46,751 nt of DNA from Trichomonas gallinae (lineage: Eukaryota), in the NCBI GenBank assembly GCA_008369845.1, contig MRSU01009278.1, positions 1 to 46,751 of the forward strand, given 5' to 3'. Position 1 is the first letter of the stretch. Each line of letters starts with the position of its first letter. Of the stretch, positions 21,596-31,391 are shown one piece after another. The notes under the pieces are model-generated. The model was not told the origin of the DNA. It saw only the letters and a list, made by a program, of their open reading frames with translations, and did no database searches. The position numbers were made by a program, and so were the translations under genes.

Positions 21596-21975
21596 TCTTT
21601 ATTTTACTATATTTCTTTTTACTATATGTTAACTATCTTAATTCACTGAGAAATAAGAATTCTGGTTGATCAAGCCAATTTACATGACAAAAAATCATTT
21701 ATTTTGACATGTAATGTCATTGCACATTAATTTCTTTATTTTACTACATTTCTTTTCGATTATTAGTTAATCATCCAAATTCCGCGAAAAAGAAAAATAT
21801 GGGTTGATTAAAATATTTTACATGACAAATATTCATTTCTTTTGACATTGCTCTTTTTATTTTATTATATTTCCATTCTATTAGTTGTTAGACATTTAAA
21901 TCCAAAGATAAATTAAAACATCATTTGATAATTTAATTTACATGTCAAAAATTCGTATTCTTTTGACATGTAATC
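21596..21975. repeat. Degenerate tandem repeat, 3 units of about 120-135 bp, each ending in a TTACATGWCAAA..TTTTGACAT palindrome
   Basis: Units start TCTTT(TT)ATTTT(T)A at about 21596, 21733 and 21852; palindromes at 21680-21714, 21818-21850 and 21938-21973. Confidence 0.75.
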
Positions 21976-22231
21976 ATTTATTTCTTAGTTTAAAAATAGT
22001 TACGAAATAAATGTATTTTTACGATATTATCCAACAAAGCTGGCGATTGGTGTCATTTTTCAAATGTTTATTAGCAATATTTTTTTAATAATTCTAAATT
22101 GTAGTTTTTTTATTATGATATCTATAGTGAAAATGTCTGATATTTTATAGAAGTTGTTGTATGAGGTGAGTTAGTTAATGTTAAAAAATTTGAATAAATT
22201 AATCGAACAAAAAAATATTTAATAGACTATA

Positions 22232-25200
22232 TTATAGGTATTCTTCCGCTTGCTCCTGCAAAACTTTTTTCACAGCATTCAAAATGCTCTTAGGTGTGAA
22301 GACAGCGAGCGGATTGAACGAAACAGAGAAAACATCTTCTGCGTCTTCTGCAATCGCTCTTGCGACTTTCGCAGCATTCCTCCTCATGTTCTGCCTGATG
22401 ATACGCATGTTCTTGAAGTCCTCGAGGTTGACGTTCTTAGCCATCTGGTCATTTTCTTTAGTAACTTGTGCGAGTTTAGTTTCTAAAACAACCCTTTCAT
22501 TCGCTAAGTCCTTCTTTCTCTGCTCGAGAGGGGACTGCGCTTCCATCATCTTCATGGCTTCCTGGCCAACATCTTCATCATGCGATTGCCTTTCGCTGAC
22601 AATCGTCTTGTCAGCATCAATGTGGATCTGCTTGATTTCGTTTTCTATTGAGTAGACAGTTTCCTGTGTTTGCATTACGAGTTTGTCAGCTTCATTCCTC
22701 TTCTTTTCTTCCTGCTCAAGCTGCTCCTTGATTCTGCTGATTTGCTTCCTGAGCTGGTCTTCTTCATATGTAGAATCAACTGTATCTTGCAAAAAGTCAA
22801 TCAAAAGGGACTTTTGACGCAATTCTTCGTCTTTTTGTTTGCTGAGAGCTGAAAGACGTTTAACGCTGTCGAGAATGACCTTTGGAGGAAGCGCAACTGG
22901 CGTTTTGAGGGCATCTGGGTGTCTCTTGCTGTTGGCTTCTTCCATTTTCACGAGAAGAGACTTGATTGACTCATAGCGTTTTTGGATGATTTCTCTGGCC
23001 TCATCCTTGGATTTGATGAACCTTCGTGGATCTGTGATCTTCTTTAAGTCGAGCTGCAACTCAACGTCAGGGACAGCAGAGACGACTGTTTTCTTGAGGA
23101 AGTCTGTAGAGAGGTCTTCTGTTGAGCCATCGAACAGAGAATTATCACCACCACCCTGATCAGCGAAGAGATCAACTTTCGCCTTTCCTTTTCGCTTCTT
23201 TGTTTTATGGGATTTGTCGTCTTCGTGTTTCTCGTCGTTTTCGAATAAGTCAACTTTGCGCTTTGACTTCTTTGGTTCTTCCTTTTGTTTGGGTTCTTCG
23301 TTATTGGCGTTTGCAAATAAGTCGACTTTTCTCTTCGGCTTCTTCTTTTCTTCCGCTGGTTTTTCATCGGCAAAGAGGTCAACTTTACTTCCATTCTTCT
23401 TCTTTGGAGCCTCTTCTTCCTTGTTTTCATCTGCGAACAAGTCAACCTTGCGGCCTTTCTTCTTTGGCTTCTTTTCTTCTTCTTTAGGCTTTTCTTCTGT
23501 CTGTTGAGGCTCTTCCTTCTCAGCAGGTTCTTCTTTCTGAGCAATTTCTTCCTCTTTCTTTGCTGGCTCTTCTGGTTTCGGAGTTTCTTCCTTCTTTTCT
23601 GCTTCTTCTGATGGAGCTGCTTGGTCCTCAAATAAATCAACTTTGCGGCGCTTCTTTGCTTGGGATGCTCTCTTAGGCTTCTCTTCTTCCTTCTTTTCTT
23701 CAACTTTTTCTTCAGTTGGATTGGATTCAATCTCTTCTGGTTTGTTTTCTTCTGTTTGCTCTACTTCCTTCTTTTCTTCCTCAGCAGGTTTCTGCTCTTC
23801 AACTTTTTCATCTGCTTCCTTCTTTTCATCAGCTTCTGGCACGTCTGCTGTTTTTTCTTCTTGTGTTTCTTCTAACTTTTGAGGCTCCTCATCTTTCTTT
23901 TCTTCTTCCTCATGCTTGGATTCTTCAGCAGCTGGCTTTTCTTCATTATCAATAATCTCTTCTGCTTTTTCTACTGGAATCTCAGCAACTTCTCTTTCAA
24001 CAACTTCCTCCTTATGTTCCTCTTCAGCTTTTTCGTCTTCTTGTGGAGTTTCAATCTTCTCCTCCTCTTCATGATGCTGTTCTTCTTTCGCTTCTTCTTC
24101 CTCTTTTTTCTGTTCCTCTTGTATCTGTTCTGACTCTTCTTTCTTTTCTTCCTCTTCTGGCTTCTCTTCTATCTTTTGCTCCTCAGCTTGAGGCTCTTTA
24201 ACTTCTTCAATCTCATATTTCTCCTCCTCTTCCTTCTTCTCTTCAACTATTTCCTGCTGGGCTTCCTTTTGCTCTCCATCCTTTTCTTCCTCAATCTGAG
24301 CTTCTTCTTTCTCAACTTTTTCTTCTTCTTTTGCAGGCTCTTCTTCCTTAACTTCATCAGCTTTTTCTTGTGTTTCTTTGTGGATTTCTTCTTCAATATC
24401 AGAAGCTTTCTGGTCTACCTTTTCTTCTTCAGGTTGCTCATTCTTTTCTTCTTCGTGTTTTTCTTCTTGCTTTTCTTCCTCGGTTACTATATCCTTGCTC
24501 TCTTCTGCCAAATCAGTCTTTTCGACATGCTCTTCCTCATGTTTCTCTTCAACGTCCTTCTTTTCTTCTTTATGTTCTGACTCCTTCTTTTCCTCTGTGA
24601 TATTCTCAGCCTTCTCCTCTTCATGCTGAGCATCTGAGTGTTCGGAATCTGCTTCTTGATTTTGCTCAGGCTTTTCTCCCTCTTGCTGAACTTCAACCTC
24701 ATGCTTCTCTTCTTCATGATCTGACTCATGTTTCTCTTCTGCAATATTTTCTGTTGTTTCTTTATTCTCTTCTTCGTGATCTGACTCTTGCTTCTGCTCA
24801 ATTTCAGTCTTTTCATCATCTTCACGTTCAGATTCATGTTTCTCAAGCTGTTCTTCTTCCTCCTTCTTCAATTCTTCTTGTTCACGTTTTTCTTCTTCAT
24901 GCTTCTCTTCTTCTTCCTTCTTTGTTTCAGTTTCTTGCTCAACTTTTTCTTCTTCATGCTCAGATTCGTGTTTCTCTTCTTCTTTCTCCACCTCATCTTC
25001 TTTATCGGTCTTTTCTTCTTCATGCTCTGATTCAACTTTCTCGTTTTCATGTTTTTCTTCTTCAGCCTTTTCAGCTTCATGTTCAGCTTCCACTTTTTCT
25101 GGTTGTTCCTCTTCCTCTTTCCTTGTTTCTTCTTTCTCAATCGTTTCTTCCTCATGTTCAGATTCGTGTTTCTCTTCTTCCTCCTTCTTCGCCTCCTCAT

Positions 25201-26983
25201 GCTCTGATTCATGTTTCTCTTCCTCCTCTTTCTTGACTTCGTCTTCGTGGTCGCTGACGATTTTCGCGTTGTCCAAATCGCTTTCTTCCTTTGAGTGCTC
25301 GGCTTCATCTTCGTGATGACCATGAGTTTCTTCGTCTGTTGTTCCGCTCTGCTCACTCTCGTAGATCGGACTGAGATGGAATGTGTTCTCCCTCTCTATG
25401 AAAGAGTGCTCTGCGTCGCTGTTCTCTGGATTGGAGTTGACGTCAACAGTGTCTGTCTCCTCCGAATTTTGCGGTTTCTCCTCTTCTTCCTCAGGAATAA
25501 GTTTCGTCTTTTCTTGATCATCAGGGTTTTGCGAATATTCTGGTTTTTGCATAGCATAATCGAATGAGCTGCGATGAGTGTGCTCAACCTCATCTTCGCT
25601 TGAGTTTTCTTGTTTATCTTCTTCAACTTTTTCGTTTTCATCTTCTGCATTGGAAGGTTGTTGTGGAGCTGGTTTTTCTTCATCCTCTTCCGCATTTTCG
25701 ATATGTTTAGGTTTGTCGGCCTTTTCTTCTACAGCATTATCTGATTCAGAAGTTACATCATTCTTTTGTTGTTGTTGAGGTTCATCATTTTCTTCCTCTC
25801 CACTTTTATCAGATTTTTCTGTTTCTTGTTTATCTTCTTCTTCATAATTATAAATATATTGAGATTGTTTTTGTTTGGGAGAATCTTCTTCCTTTTCATC
25901 ATCAGACGCATTATTCTGAGGCTTCTTTTGCTCTTCCGCATTATCATCTGAATCAAAAATATTTGACTTTTTAACTGGTTTTTCTTCTTCCTCTTCATCA
26001 TCTTCGCTCTTTTGCGGCTGCTGAAGCCTTTCTTCTTCCTCATTTTGATCAGAATCAGATTGGAAAATTGATTTGCTTGATTTTTGAGGAATTTGATCTT
26101 CTTCTACATCATTATCGCTATTTTGTGGCTGTTGACGTTTTTCTTCTTCTTCAGATTCTGAAGTAGAGATTGAATTTGTCTTTTGTTGTTTTTTCCGCGC
26201 ATCTTCCTCTTCATCAGAGTAGTCACCGTAAATCTGCTTCTGAGTCGAAACTTTATTTCCAAATAAATCTTCGCCTTCAGATCCGCTGTCGGAATTAAAC
26301 ATTGAGAACGAGTTTGATGGTTTAGATGGAGATTCATCCTTTTGTGATTCCTCGAATCCAGTAACTTCGATGGTTGCAAAAATATTGCTGCTAATTTCAG
26401 CAGCGTAAACTCCACCAACACCACAGCCTGAAAATAGTGGTGCAAGCGATCCAGACTTATTCTTTTCGATTCTAATTTTCTCGTAGCTGTTGATTGGACG
26501 ATTATTTGCGTTGGTTGAGATATCGTATACAGATATTTTCGCGATAATATCATTATTTGCAGGTACTTGCTGTTGACTAGCAGGTGCTTGCATGCATTGT
26601 GGATTTTGACCACAATGGCATTTTTCAGATTTTGCAATCATCGTAAATACGTTTGCTTCTTGTTCGCTTTGGAAAAGTACGAGCCAGCGAAGATTTCTTG
26701 GGTCGAGAAATGTGCAATAAACTTTAGTTTGAATTTGCCAATCGAGATTTTGCTTGCATTCAACGAATGTTAATGGTTTTTGCTGTGGACCCATGATAAG
26801 AATCATGAGGTTCCCGTTTTTCCTCATCGCGTAAATCGGCAAACGAGGAGCAACCTGAACATACTGATTTTGTTGCGCATTCCAGCACATAACTTGAACG
26901 GCGGACATGAAAAGGTTTGCATCACCTCCACTGCCACTACACGCGTATGATCCTGGATCAAAAACTAAATCAGTACTTATCAT
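22232..26983 (-). CDS. Large acidic protein: FKBP15/WAFL-like WH1 domain, Glu-rich repeats, KVDLF repeats, C-terminal coiled coil
   Basis: VYCTFLDPRNLRWLVLFQSEQEA resembles the FKBP15 N-terminal domain. The track start is TTG; in-frame ATGs occur at 27037, 27034, 27010 and 26983, and the last follows an Inr TCACTTT (26995-27001). Confidence 0.8.
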   Translation of the reverse strand: MISTDLVFDPGSYACSGSGGDANLFMSAVQVMCWNAQQNQYVQVAPRLPIYAMRKNGNLMILIMGPQQKPLTFVECKQNLDWQIQTKVYCTFLDPRNLRWLVLFQSEQEANVFTMIAKSEKCHCGQNPQCMQAPASQQQVPANNDIIAKISVYDISTNANNRPINSYEKIRIEKNKSGSLAPLFSGCGVGGVYAAEISSNIFATIEVTGFEESQKDESPSKPSNSFSMFNSDSGSEGEDLFGNKVSTQKQIYGDYSDEEEDARKKQQKTNSISTSESEEEEKRQQPQNSDNDVEEDQIPQKSSKSIFQSDSDQNEEEERLQQPQKSEDDEEEEEKPVKKSNIFDSDDNAEEQKKPQNNASDDEKEEDSPKQKQSQYIYNYEEEDKQETEKSDKSGEEENDEPQQQQKNDVTSESDNAVEEKADKPKHIENAEEDEEKPAPQQPSNAEDENEKVEEDKQENSSEDEVEHTHRSSFDYAMQKPEYSQNPDDQEKTKLIPEEEEEKPQNSEETDTVDVNSNPENSDAEHSFIERENTFHLSPIYESEQSGTTDEETHGHHEDEAEHSKEESDLDNAKIVSDHEDEVKKEEEEKHESEHEEAKKEEEEKHESEHEEETIEKEETRKEEEEQPEKVEAEHEAEKAEEEKHENEKVESEHEEEKTDKEDEVEKEEEKHESEHEEEKVEQETETKKEEEEKHEEEKREQEELKKEEEEQLEKHESEREDDEKTEIEQKQESDHEEENKETTENIAEEKHESDHEEEKHEVEVQQEGEKPEQNQEADSEHSDAQHEEEKAENITEEKKESEHKEEKKDVEEKHEEEHVEKTDLAEESKDIVTEEEKQEEKHEEEKNEQPEEEKVDQKASDIEEEIHKETQEKADEVKEEEPAKEEEKVEKEEAQIEEEKDGEQKEAQQEIVEEKKEEEEKYEIEEVKEPQAEEQKIEEKPEEEEKKEESEQIQEEQKKEEEEAKEEQHHEEEEKIETPQEDEKAEEEHKEEVVEREVAEIPVEKAEEIIDNEEKPAAEESKHEEEEKKDEEPQKLEETQEEKTADVPEADEKKEADEKVEEQKPAEEEKKEVEQTEENKPEEIESNPTEEKVEEKKEEEKPKRASQAKKRRKVDLFEDQAAPSEEAEKKEETPKPEEPAKKEEEIAQKEEPAEKEEPQQTEEKPKEEEKKPKKKGRKVDLFADENKEEEAPKKKNGSKVDLFADEKPAEEKKKPKRKVDLFANANNEEPKQKEEPKKSKRKVDLFENDEKHEDDKSHKTKKRKGKAKVDLFADQGGGDNSLFDGSTEDLSTDFLKKTVVSAVPDVELQLDLKKITDPRRFIKSKDEAREIIQKRYESIKSLLVKMEEANSKRHPDALKTPVALPPKVILDSVKRLSALSKQKDEELRQKSLLIDFLQDTVDSTYEEDQLRKQISRIKEQLEQEEKKRNEADKLVMQTQETVYSIENEIKQIHIDADKTIVSERQSHDEDVGQEAMKMMEAQSPLEQRKKDLANERVVLETKLAQVTKENDQMAKNVNLEDFKNMRIIRQNMRRNAAKVARAIAEDAEDVFSVSFNPLAVFTPKSILNAVKKVLQEQAEEYL

Positions 26984-27019
26984 TTTGATTTGAAAAAGTG
27001 ACAACTTCATTTTGTCATT

Positions 27020-27370
27020 TGAATTCAAACTCATCATTTTTATTGGCAATCATTCTTTTTCTATTGACACACATCCACTACTCATTATAATGCAGCTATT
27101 TATCACTATTTTATCGATCAAGTGTTGATGTTTGTATTCAAACACATCATTTTTATTGGTAATAATTCTTTTTCTATTTGCATACATTCGCTATTCGCCA
27201 CAATACAGCTGTTTATACTAATTTTATCGATCAAATATTGTTATTTGATTTTGAGCTAATCTTTATTATTAGCAACCGCTGCCTTCCTATTGATCAGAAT
27301 TCATTACTCGCCACAATACAGTTATTTAATCTAATTTTATCGATAAAAAATTGTCGTTTAATTTTGGATA
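27020..27370. repeat. Degenerate tandem repeat, 3 x 113 bp
   Basis: ATTTTATCGAT at 27108, 27221 and 27334; CATCATTTTTATTGG at 27032 and 27145; TCGCCACAATACAG in units 2 and 3. Confidence 0.85.
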
Positions 27371-27499
27371 TTATAAATTTCAAAATTCATAATGATTGAT
27401 ATAAAAAATTATATGGATAATTAATATAATATGCACAAAATCGCTGATTTATGTAAAATTTAGCAAATCAAATATTTAACACACATTTAATAATACATC

Positions 27500-30400
27500 T
27501 TACTTCCTTCTCGGAATTTTTGTTGGTGACTTGGCTGGAGACTTCTTTGGCGGCGCTCCCTTCTTATCTTCTTGGAGCTGTGAGTTTGCGAAAGACATCA
27601 GCTCTTCCATTGGATAAAGCTTCCTTCTCGCTTCTCTCTCCCAGTCCCTCTCGCTCTCGTCCTCGTCTGGCATCTCTGGAGTTGCATGCTCCCTCTTCGG
27701 AGGAAGTGGCTCAGGAGGCGGGGACTTGTATGCAGGCAAATTCATCGCGTTTTCGCTGTCGCTCATCGTCGAAGAAGAGTCTTGAGGTGGAGGAGGTGGA
27801 GACTCACGCTTTGACCGCGGTTTAGATGGCGGTCGTGGTTCATCATCAGAAGACTCTTGTGGTGGAGGTACTTGGCGCTTTGAAGATGGTTTAGGTGGCG
27901 GTGGTGGTTCGTCATCTGATGAGGTTTCTACTGGTGGAGGCAGTTGACGTTTTGGTGTTGGCGGTTTGTAGTCTTCCTCTTCTTCATGCATCGATAGGGA
28001 GTTCTGTGGTGGTGGGAAATGTGGCGAAGCATCGCTGGATTTTGGTGTAGCCTTCCTTGAGCTAGACTTCTTTGGCTTCGGCTCATCAGGGATGTCCAAA
28101 ACTGCAGCGACATCAGCCTGCATCATCAGCTTTGGTTTTGGAGGAGGTGCTGCAGCTGACGATTTCTTCTGCGGTGGAGCAGATGAGCTGATCATGTTTG
28201 ATTCCGACGGGATGAGCTTTGACTTGTACTTCAAAGCGGGTGCTGGAACTCTTTGAATGTTCTTCGGTTCATCATCTGAATCGCTGTCGTCTTCTAGCTG
28301 TTTTCTGACTAGTCTCGGCGCCTTTGGTGTCTTTTTGTGCATTTGTCTTGTTGCATAATCCTCATCATCGCTGTCGTCTCTGATTGAGAATTTGACGAAT
28401 CCTGTCTTCAAAGCGTAATCAACAGAATCTTCAGACTCAGAATCCGAATCAACTTTCACATCTCTTTCTATCGTTGACTCCTGCTGTGGCTGAGGCTGCT
28501 CCTGAACTTCCTCGGCTTTCTGCTCTGTCTGCTCGTTGAGGTTGTATGCATTCGTGAGGAACGTCGTGATGTCAGGGTTCATTGTGGTGAACATTGTCTT
28601 AAAGTCGTCGTTTGTCTCGTTGTAGTACTTGAACATCGATGGAGTCTGGTATTCTGTCATCGCTGTCTCTGGGACTTCTTCGACGCCGTCGTCGTCCGGG
28701 AGAAGATCTGTGATGTTCTGAAATGGCATAGGAAGCTGGAAAACATCGGTCGTGAAGCTGTGGCGCTTGAGCGCAGTTCCTTTATATGTTGAGTGTGCTT
28801 CTCTGCTGATGTCTTTGATCAAGCGCCTGATGTCTGGTGTAGCAGGGAAAGGCAAGTCGTTCGGCATGTGCAGTCTTGCGCGATTTGCCATGATCCTCTG
28901 CACGAGAGAAAGTTGCATGTCTCCTAATCTCTTAATGGATATCATCTTGTCGTGTTCCTTGCTGCCATCGACGATCTTCTTCGCATCGTTGACTGGGAAA
29001 TTAAGTGAAGTGATGTACTGGTTAGTTTCAGCCGCCATCACGATCGTGTTGATTGACTCTATTGATGTAAAGTTGTTGTTATCAATCTTGAGCTCTTTAA
29101 CTGTTTCCGAAGAGTGGAGAACGTTGCAGATGCTAGAAGCTCCGTTGTCCCCGATGTTGTTGCCCGAAATATCGAGCGACTCAATTGCGAGCTTCGACGG
29201 AATCTTTTCGAGCATCGGGGAAAGATGCGTTCCTAAATTGCAGTTAGAGACATCGAGCTTCTTAAGAGATGGTATTCTCAGGAGTTTGACGAGAACTCCG
29301 TCGATTGTCAGCGGGTTTGAGAAATTTGACGCGATCGAAAGTTCTTCGAGATTTGTCATGCGGACGAAAAGCGGGCAGATATCTTTGAGGTCGTCAACGC
29401 TCATTCCATTTTGGGCGAGAGAGAGAGCCTTCCACTTTGAAAGATCGCTGCGGAGGAATTCTCTGTAGAGTGGTAAGAAACTTCCACTAGATAGTTTGAG
29501 GTTGTTCATGTGGAGTGAAAAGTTGTCGAGATTTTTGTTGTTTGCGATTGTTTGGATAACTGAAGCAACATCTTCTGATTGCAAACTTGTTCCACTGATA
29601 TCAATAACTTCGAGAGTAGTTGAGCTGCGAATGAAAGTCAAGAGTTGATCAATGCAATGTTGAGTAAATTTGCATGCATTGACTTTAAGCGTTTTAAGTG
29701 TTGCGCTGTACTTGATGATTGTGTCTATTATGAACTCAACTGATGGAGAGTTGTTAATATCAAGTGATTCGAGCGCATAAGTTTCTTTCGATTCAGTAAT
29801 TGTTTTAATGAATGTATCAAATGCTTTTGTTGCATCAGGTGTTGATATTTGAGTGTTCCCGAGGAACAAATACTTGATTCCGAGGAAGTTTTTGTTATTT
29901 GTCATCGTTGTAAAGAGATTTTGTGAAACTTGGGAGTTAACAGCACAGTTAGATATATTAAGATATAAGACAGGAAGCTGGGAATATGAAAGAATCTCCG
30001 GGAATGCTGTGATATCTTGAATTTGATTATTTGAAATGTCCCAATATTGTACTTGGAGTTGTGGGTTTTTACGTACTGTTTCTAGTAACTCGTTTAATCC
30101 GGTTTTAATTCCGCATTTCTCGAAATGAATAATATGAACATTTCCTCCCATCGTAAACAGGGGAGAAAACGTTGAAATTGCTTCTGGGCGGTTCATGTCA
30201 TAGCAACAGATACCTCCAACAAACTTCAAAAGATTCACAGAATCGAAAATTGGAATCAAATCTTTTGGTGAGCTCGCCAAGTTGAGAGGGAGCTGCGATA
30301 AGTCAACGACAGAGTTCTTGGATAGGAAGAGGTTGTGGAAGTAGCGAACAACTTCGTGATTGTAAGGAACTCCATGCTTAGCGCAATTCGAAAAATATGT

Positions 30401-30880
30401 GAATTGGAATTTTTGCGATGGAGAAAGCTGTACATCTATGGCAGGGAATTGATTTTCGTATGTTGGACGCATTTCTACTGATTCAGAAGCTGGTAACGAA
30501 TTATATGAAAGAATGCAATTTCTATAAAGTATTTGCGCAAATCTGAGGCACTCAGGTGCTGTAATTGTAAGATTTGTTTCTTTTGTTTGAACTACTGTGA
30601 ATTCAGTACCTTTGTTTGCGATAAGCAATACATCACTTATGTGGAAAGAAGCGTATTCTGTTAACTTTTTCTTTTTATCCTGTGAAAAACACTTCACAAA
30701 GTGGCATGACATTGCTACAATCGATTGTTTTCGTGTTGTTTTGAAAATTCTTGCATCACTTCTGAACATTATCTGCACAGGATGATCGATTTTCGGAAAC
30801 AAGTTCAAAACTTGCTGCTTCTCCTCATCAATTAGAGGATCTGTGATGTTAAAAGCAGTGTTTCGGTGGAAAAACGTCAT
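27500..30880 (-). CDS. CARMIL-like PH + RNI-type LRR protein with Pro-rich acidic tail
   Basis: Multiple LRRs (YWDISNN, LEELSIASN, IESLDISGNNIGDNGA); tail with PPP-SSDDE repeats. The track start at 30943 is TTG with an upstream in-frame stop; the first ATG is at 30880. Confidence 0.85.
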   Translation of the reverse strand: MTFFHRNTAFNITDPLIDEEKQQVLNLFPKIDHPVQIMFRSDARIFKTTRKQSIVAMSCHFVKCFSQDKKKKLTEYASFHISDVLLIANKGTEFTVVQTKETNLTITAPECLRFAQILYRNCILSYNSLPASESVEMRPTYENQFPAIDVQLSPSQKFQFTYFSNCAKHGVPYNHEVVRYFHNLFLSKNSVVDLSQLPLNLASSPKDLIPIFDSVNLLKFVGGICCYDMNRPEAISTFSPLFTMGGNVHIIHFEKCGIKTGLNELLETVRKNPQLQVQYWDISNNQIQDITAFPEILSYSQLPVLYLNISNCAVNSQVSQNLFTTMTNNKNFLGIKYLFLGNTQISTPDATKAFDTFIKTITESKETYALESLDINNSPSVEFIIDTIIKYSATLKTLKVNACKFTQHCIDQLLTFIRSSTTLEVIDISGTSLQSEDVASVIQTIANNKNLDNFSLHMNNLKLSSGSFLPLYREFLRSDLSKWKALSLAQNGMSVDDLKDICPLFVRMTNLEELSIASNFSNPLTIDGVLVKLLRIPSLKKLDVSNCNLGTHLSPMLEKIPSKLAIESLDISGNNIGDNGASSICNVLHSSETVKELKIDNNNFTSIESINTIVMAAETNQYITSLNFPVNDAKKIVDGSKEHDKMISIKRLGDMQLSLVQRIMANRARLHMPNDLPFPATPDIRRLIKDISREAHSTYKGTALKRHSFTTDVFQLPMPFQNITDLLPDDDGVEEVPETAMTEYQTPSMFKYYNETNDDFKTMFTTMNPDITTFLTNAYNLNEQTEQKAEEVQEQPQPQQESTIERDVKVDSDSESEDSVDYALKTGFVKFSIRDDSDDEDYATRQMHKKTPKAPRLVRKQLEDDSDSDDEPKNIQRVPAPALKYKSKLIPSESNMISSSAPPQKKSSAAAPPPKPKLMMQADVAAVLDIPDEPKPKKSSSRKATPKSSDASPHFPPPQNSLSMHEEEEDYKPPTPKRQLPPPVETSSDDEPPPPPKPSSKRQVPPPQESSDDEPRPPSKPRSKRESPPPPPQDSSSTMSDSENAMNLPAYKSPPPEPLPPKREHATPEMPDEDESERDWEREARRKLYPMEELMSFANSQLQEDKKGAPPKKSPAKSPTKIPRRK

Positions 30881-31058
30881 TGATTGTAAAGTTTTTGAAA
30901 TAATCGTTACATTCTCAAAAGATACAATTTCAGGGTCTGACAAAAATAAAAAGGGTCTGTTGATGAAATGTAATCAATTGAATTACTGCGAAAACCGAAA
31001 AATACAAATGTATAGCTGCTTGATGAGAAAGTCAACTTGATAATCATCTTTTAAAATC

Positions 31059-31179
31059 TGACTTTACATTATAAATCTGAATATTTACATGTGTTTTTGA
31101 CTTTACATTATAAATCTGACGGTTTATGTGTCATTTTGACTTTACACTTTTAAATCTGAATATTTACATGTGTTTCTGA
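31059..31179. repeat. Minisatellite, 3 x 39 bp
   Basis: TGACTTTACATTATAAATCTGAATATTTACATGTGTTTT units start at 31059, 31098 and 31137. Confidence 0.9.
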
Positions 31180-31391
31180 ATTATTGGATAATGTTAGACT
31201 TTTATAGTGGACACAGCTGGAGTCCGAAACTTTGTTACTTTTCCATAAAGGAAAAATGTATTTTGAGGAAAAGTAACCAAACATAGAACGCCAGAAATGC
31301 CCGCGAGAATGTTTAATATTTATAGAAAAAAAACTAATAGAATAAAAGAATATGTATGATAGAATCTTTATTAAAAACTATAAACATAATT

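Noticed and set aside
21596..21975. CRISPR array (palindromic repeats of about 36 bp with spacers)
   Set aside because: Only three divergent copies, the spacers are 85-105 bp and homologous to each other, there are no cas genes, and the context is eukaryotic.
23044..26773. Many overlapping short ORFs (F/L/S-rich or K/R-rich)
   Set aside because: They are antisense or alternate-frame shadows of the GAA-rich acidic gene.
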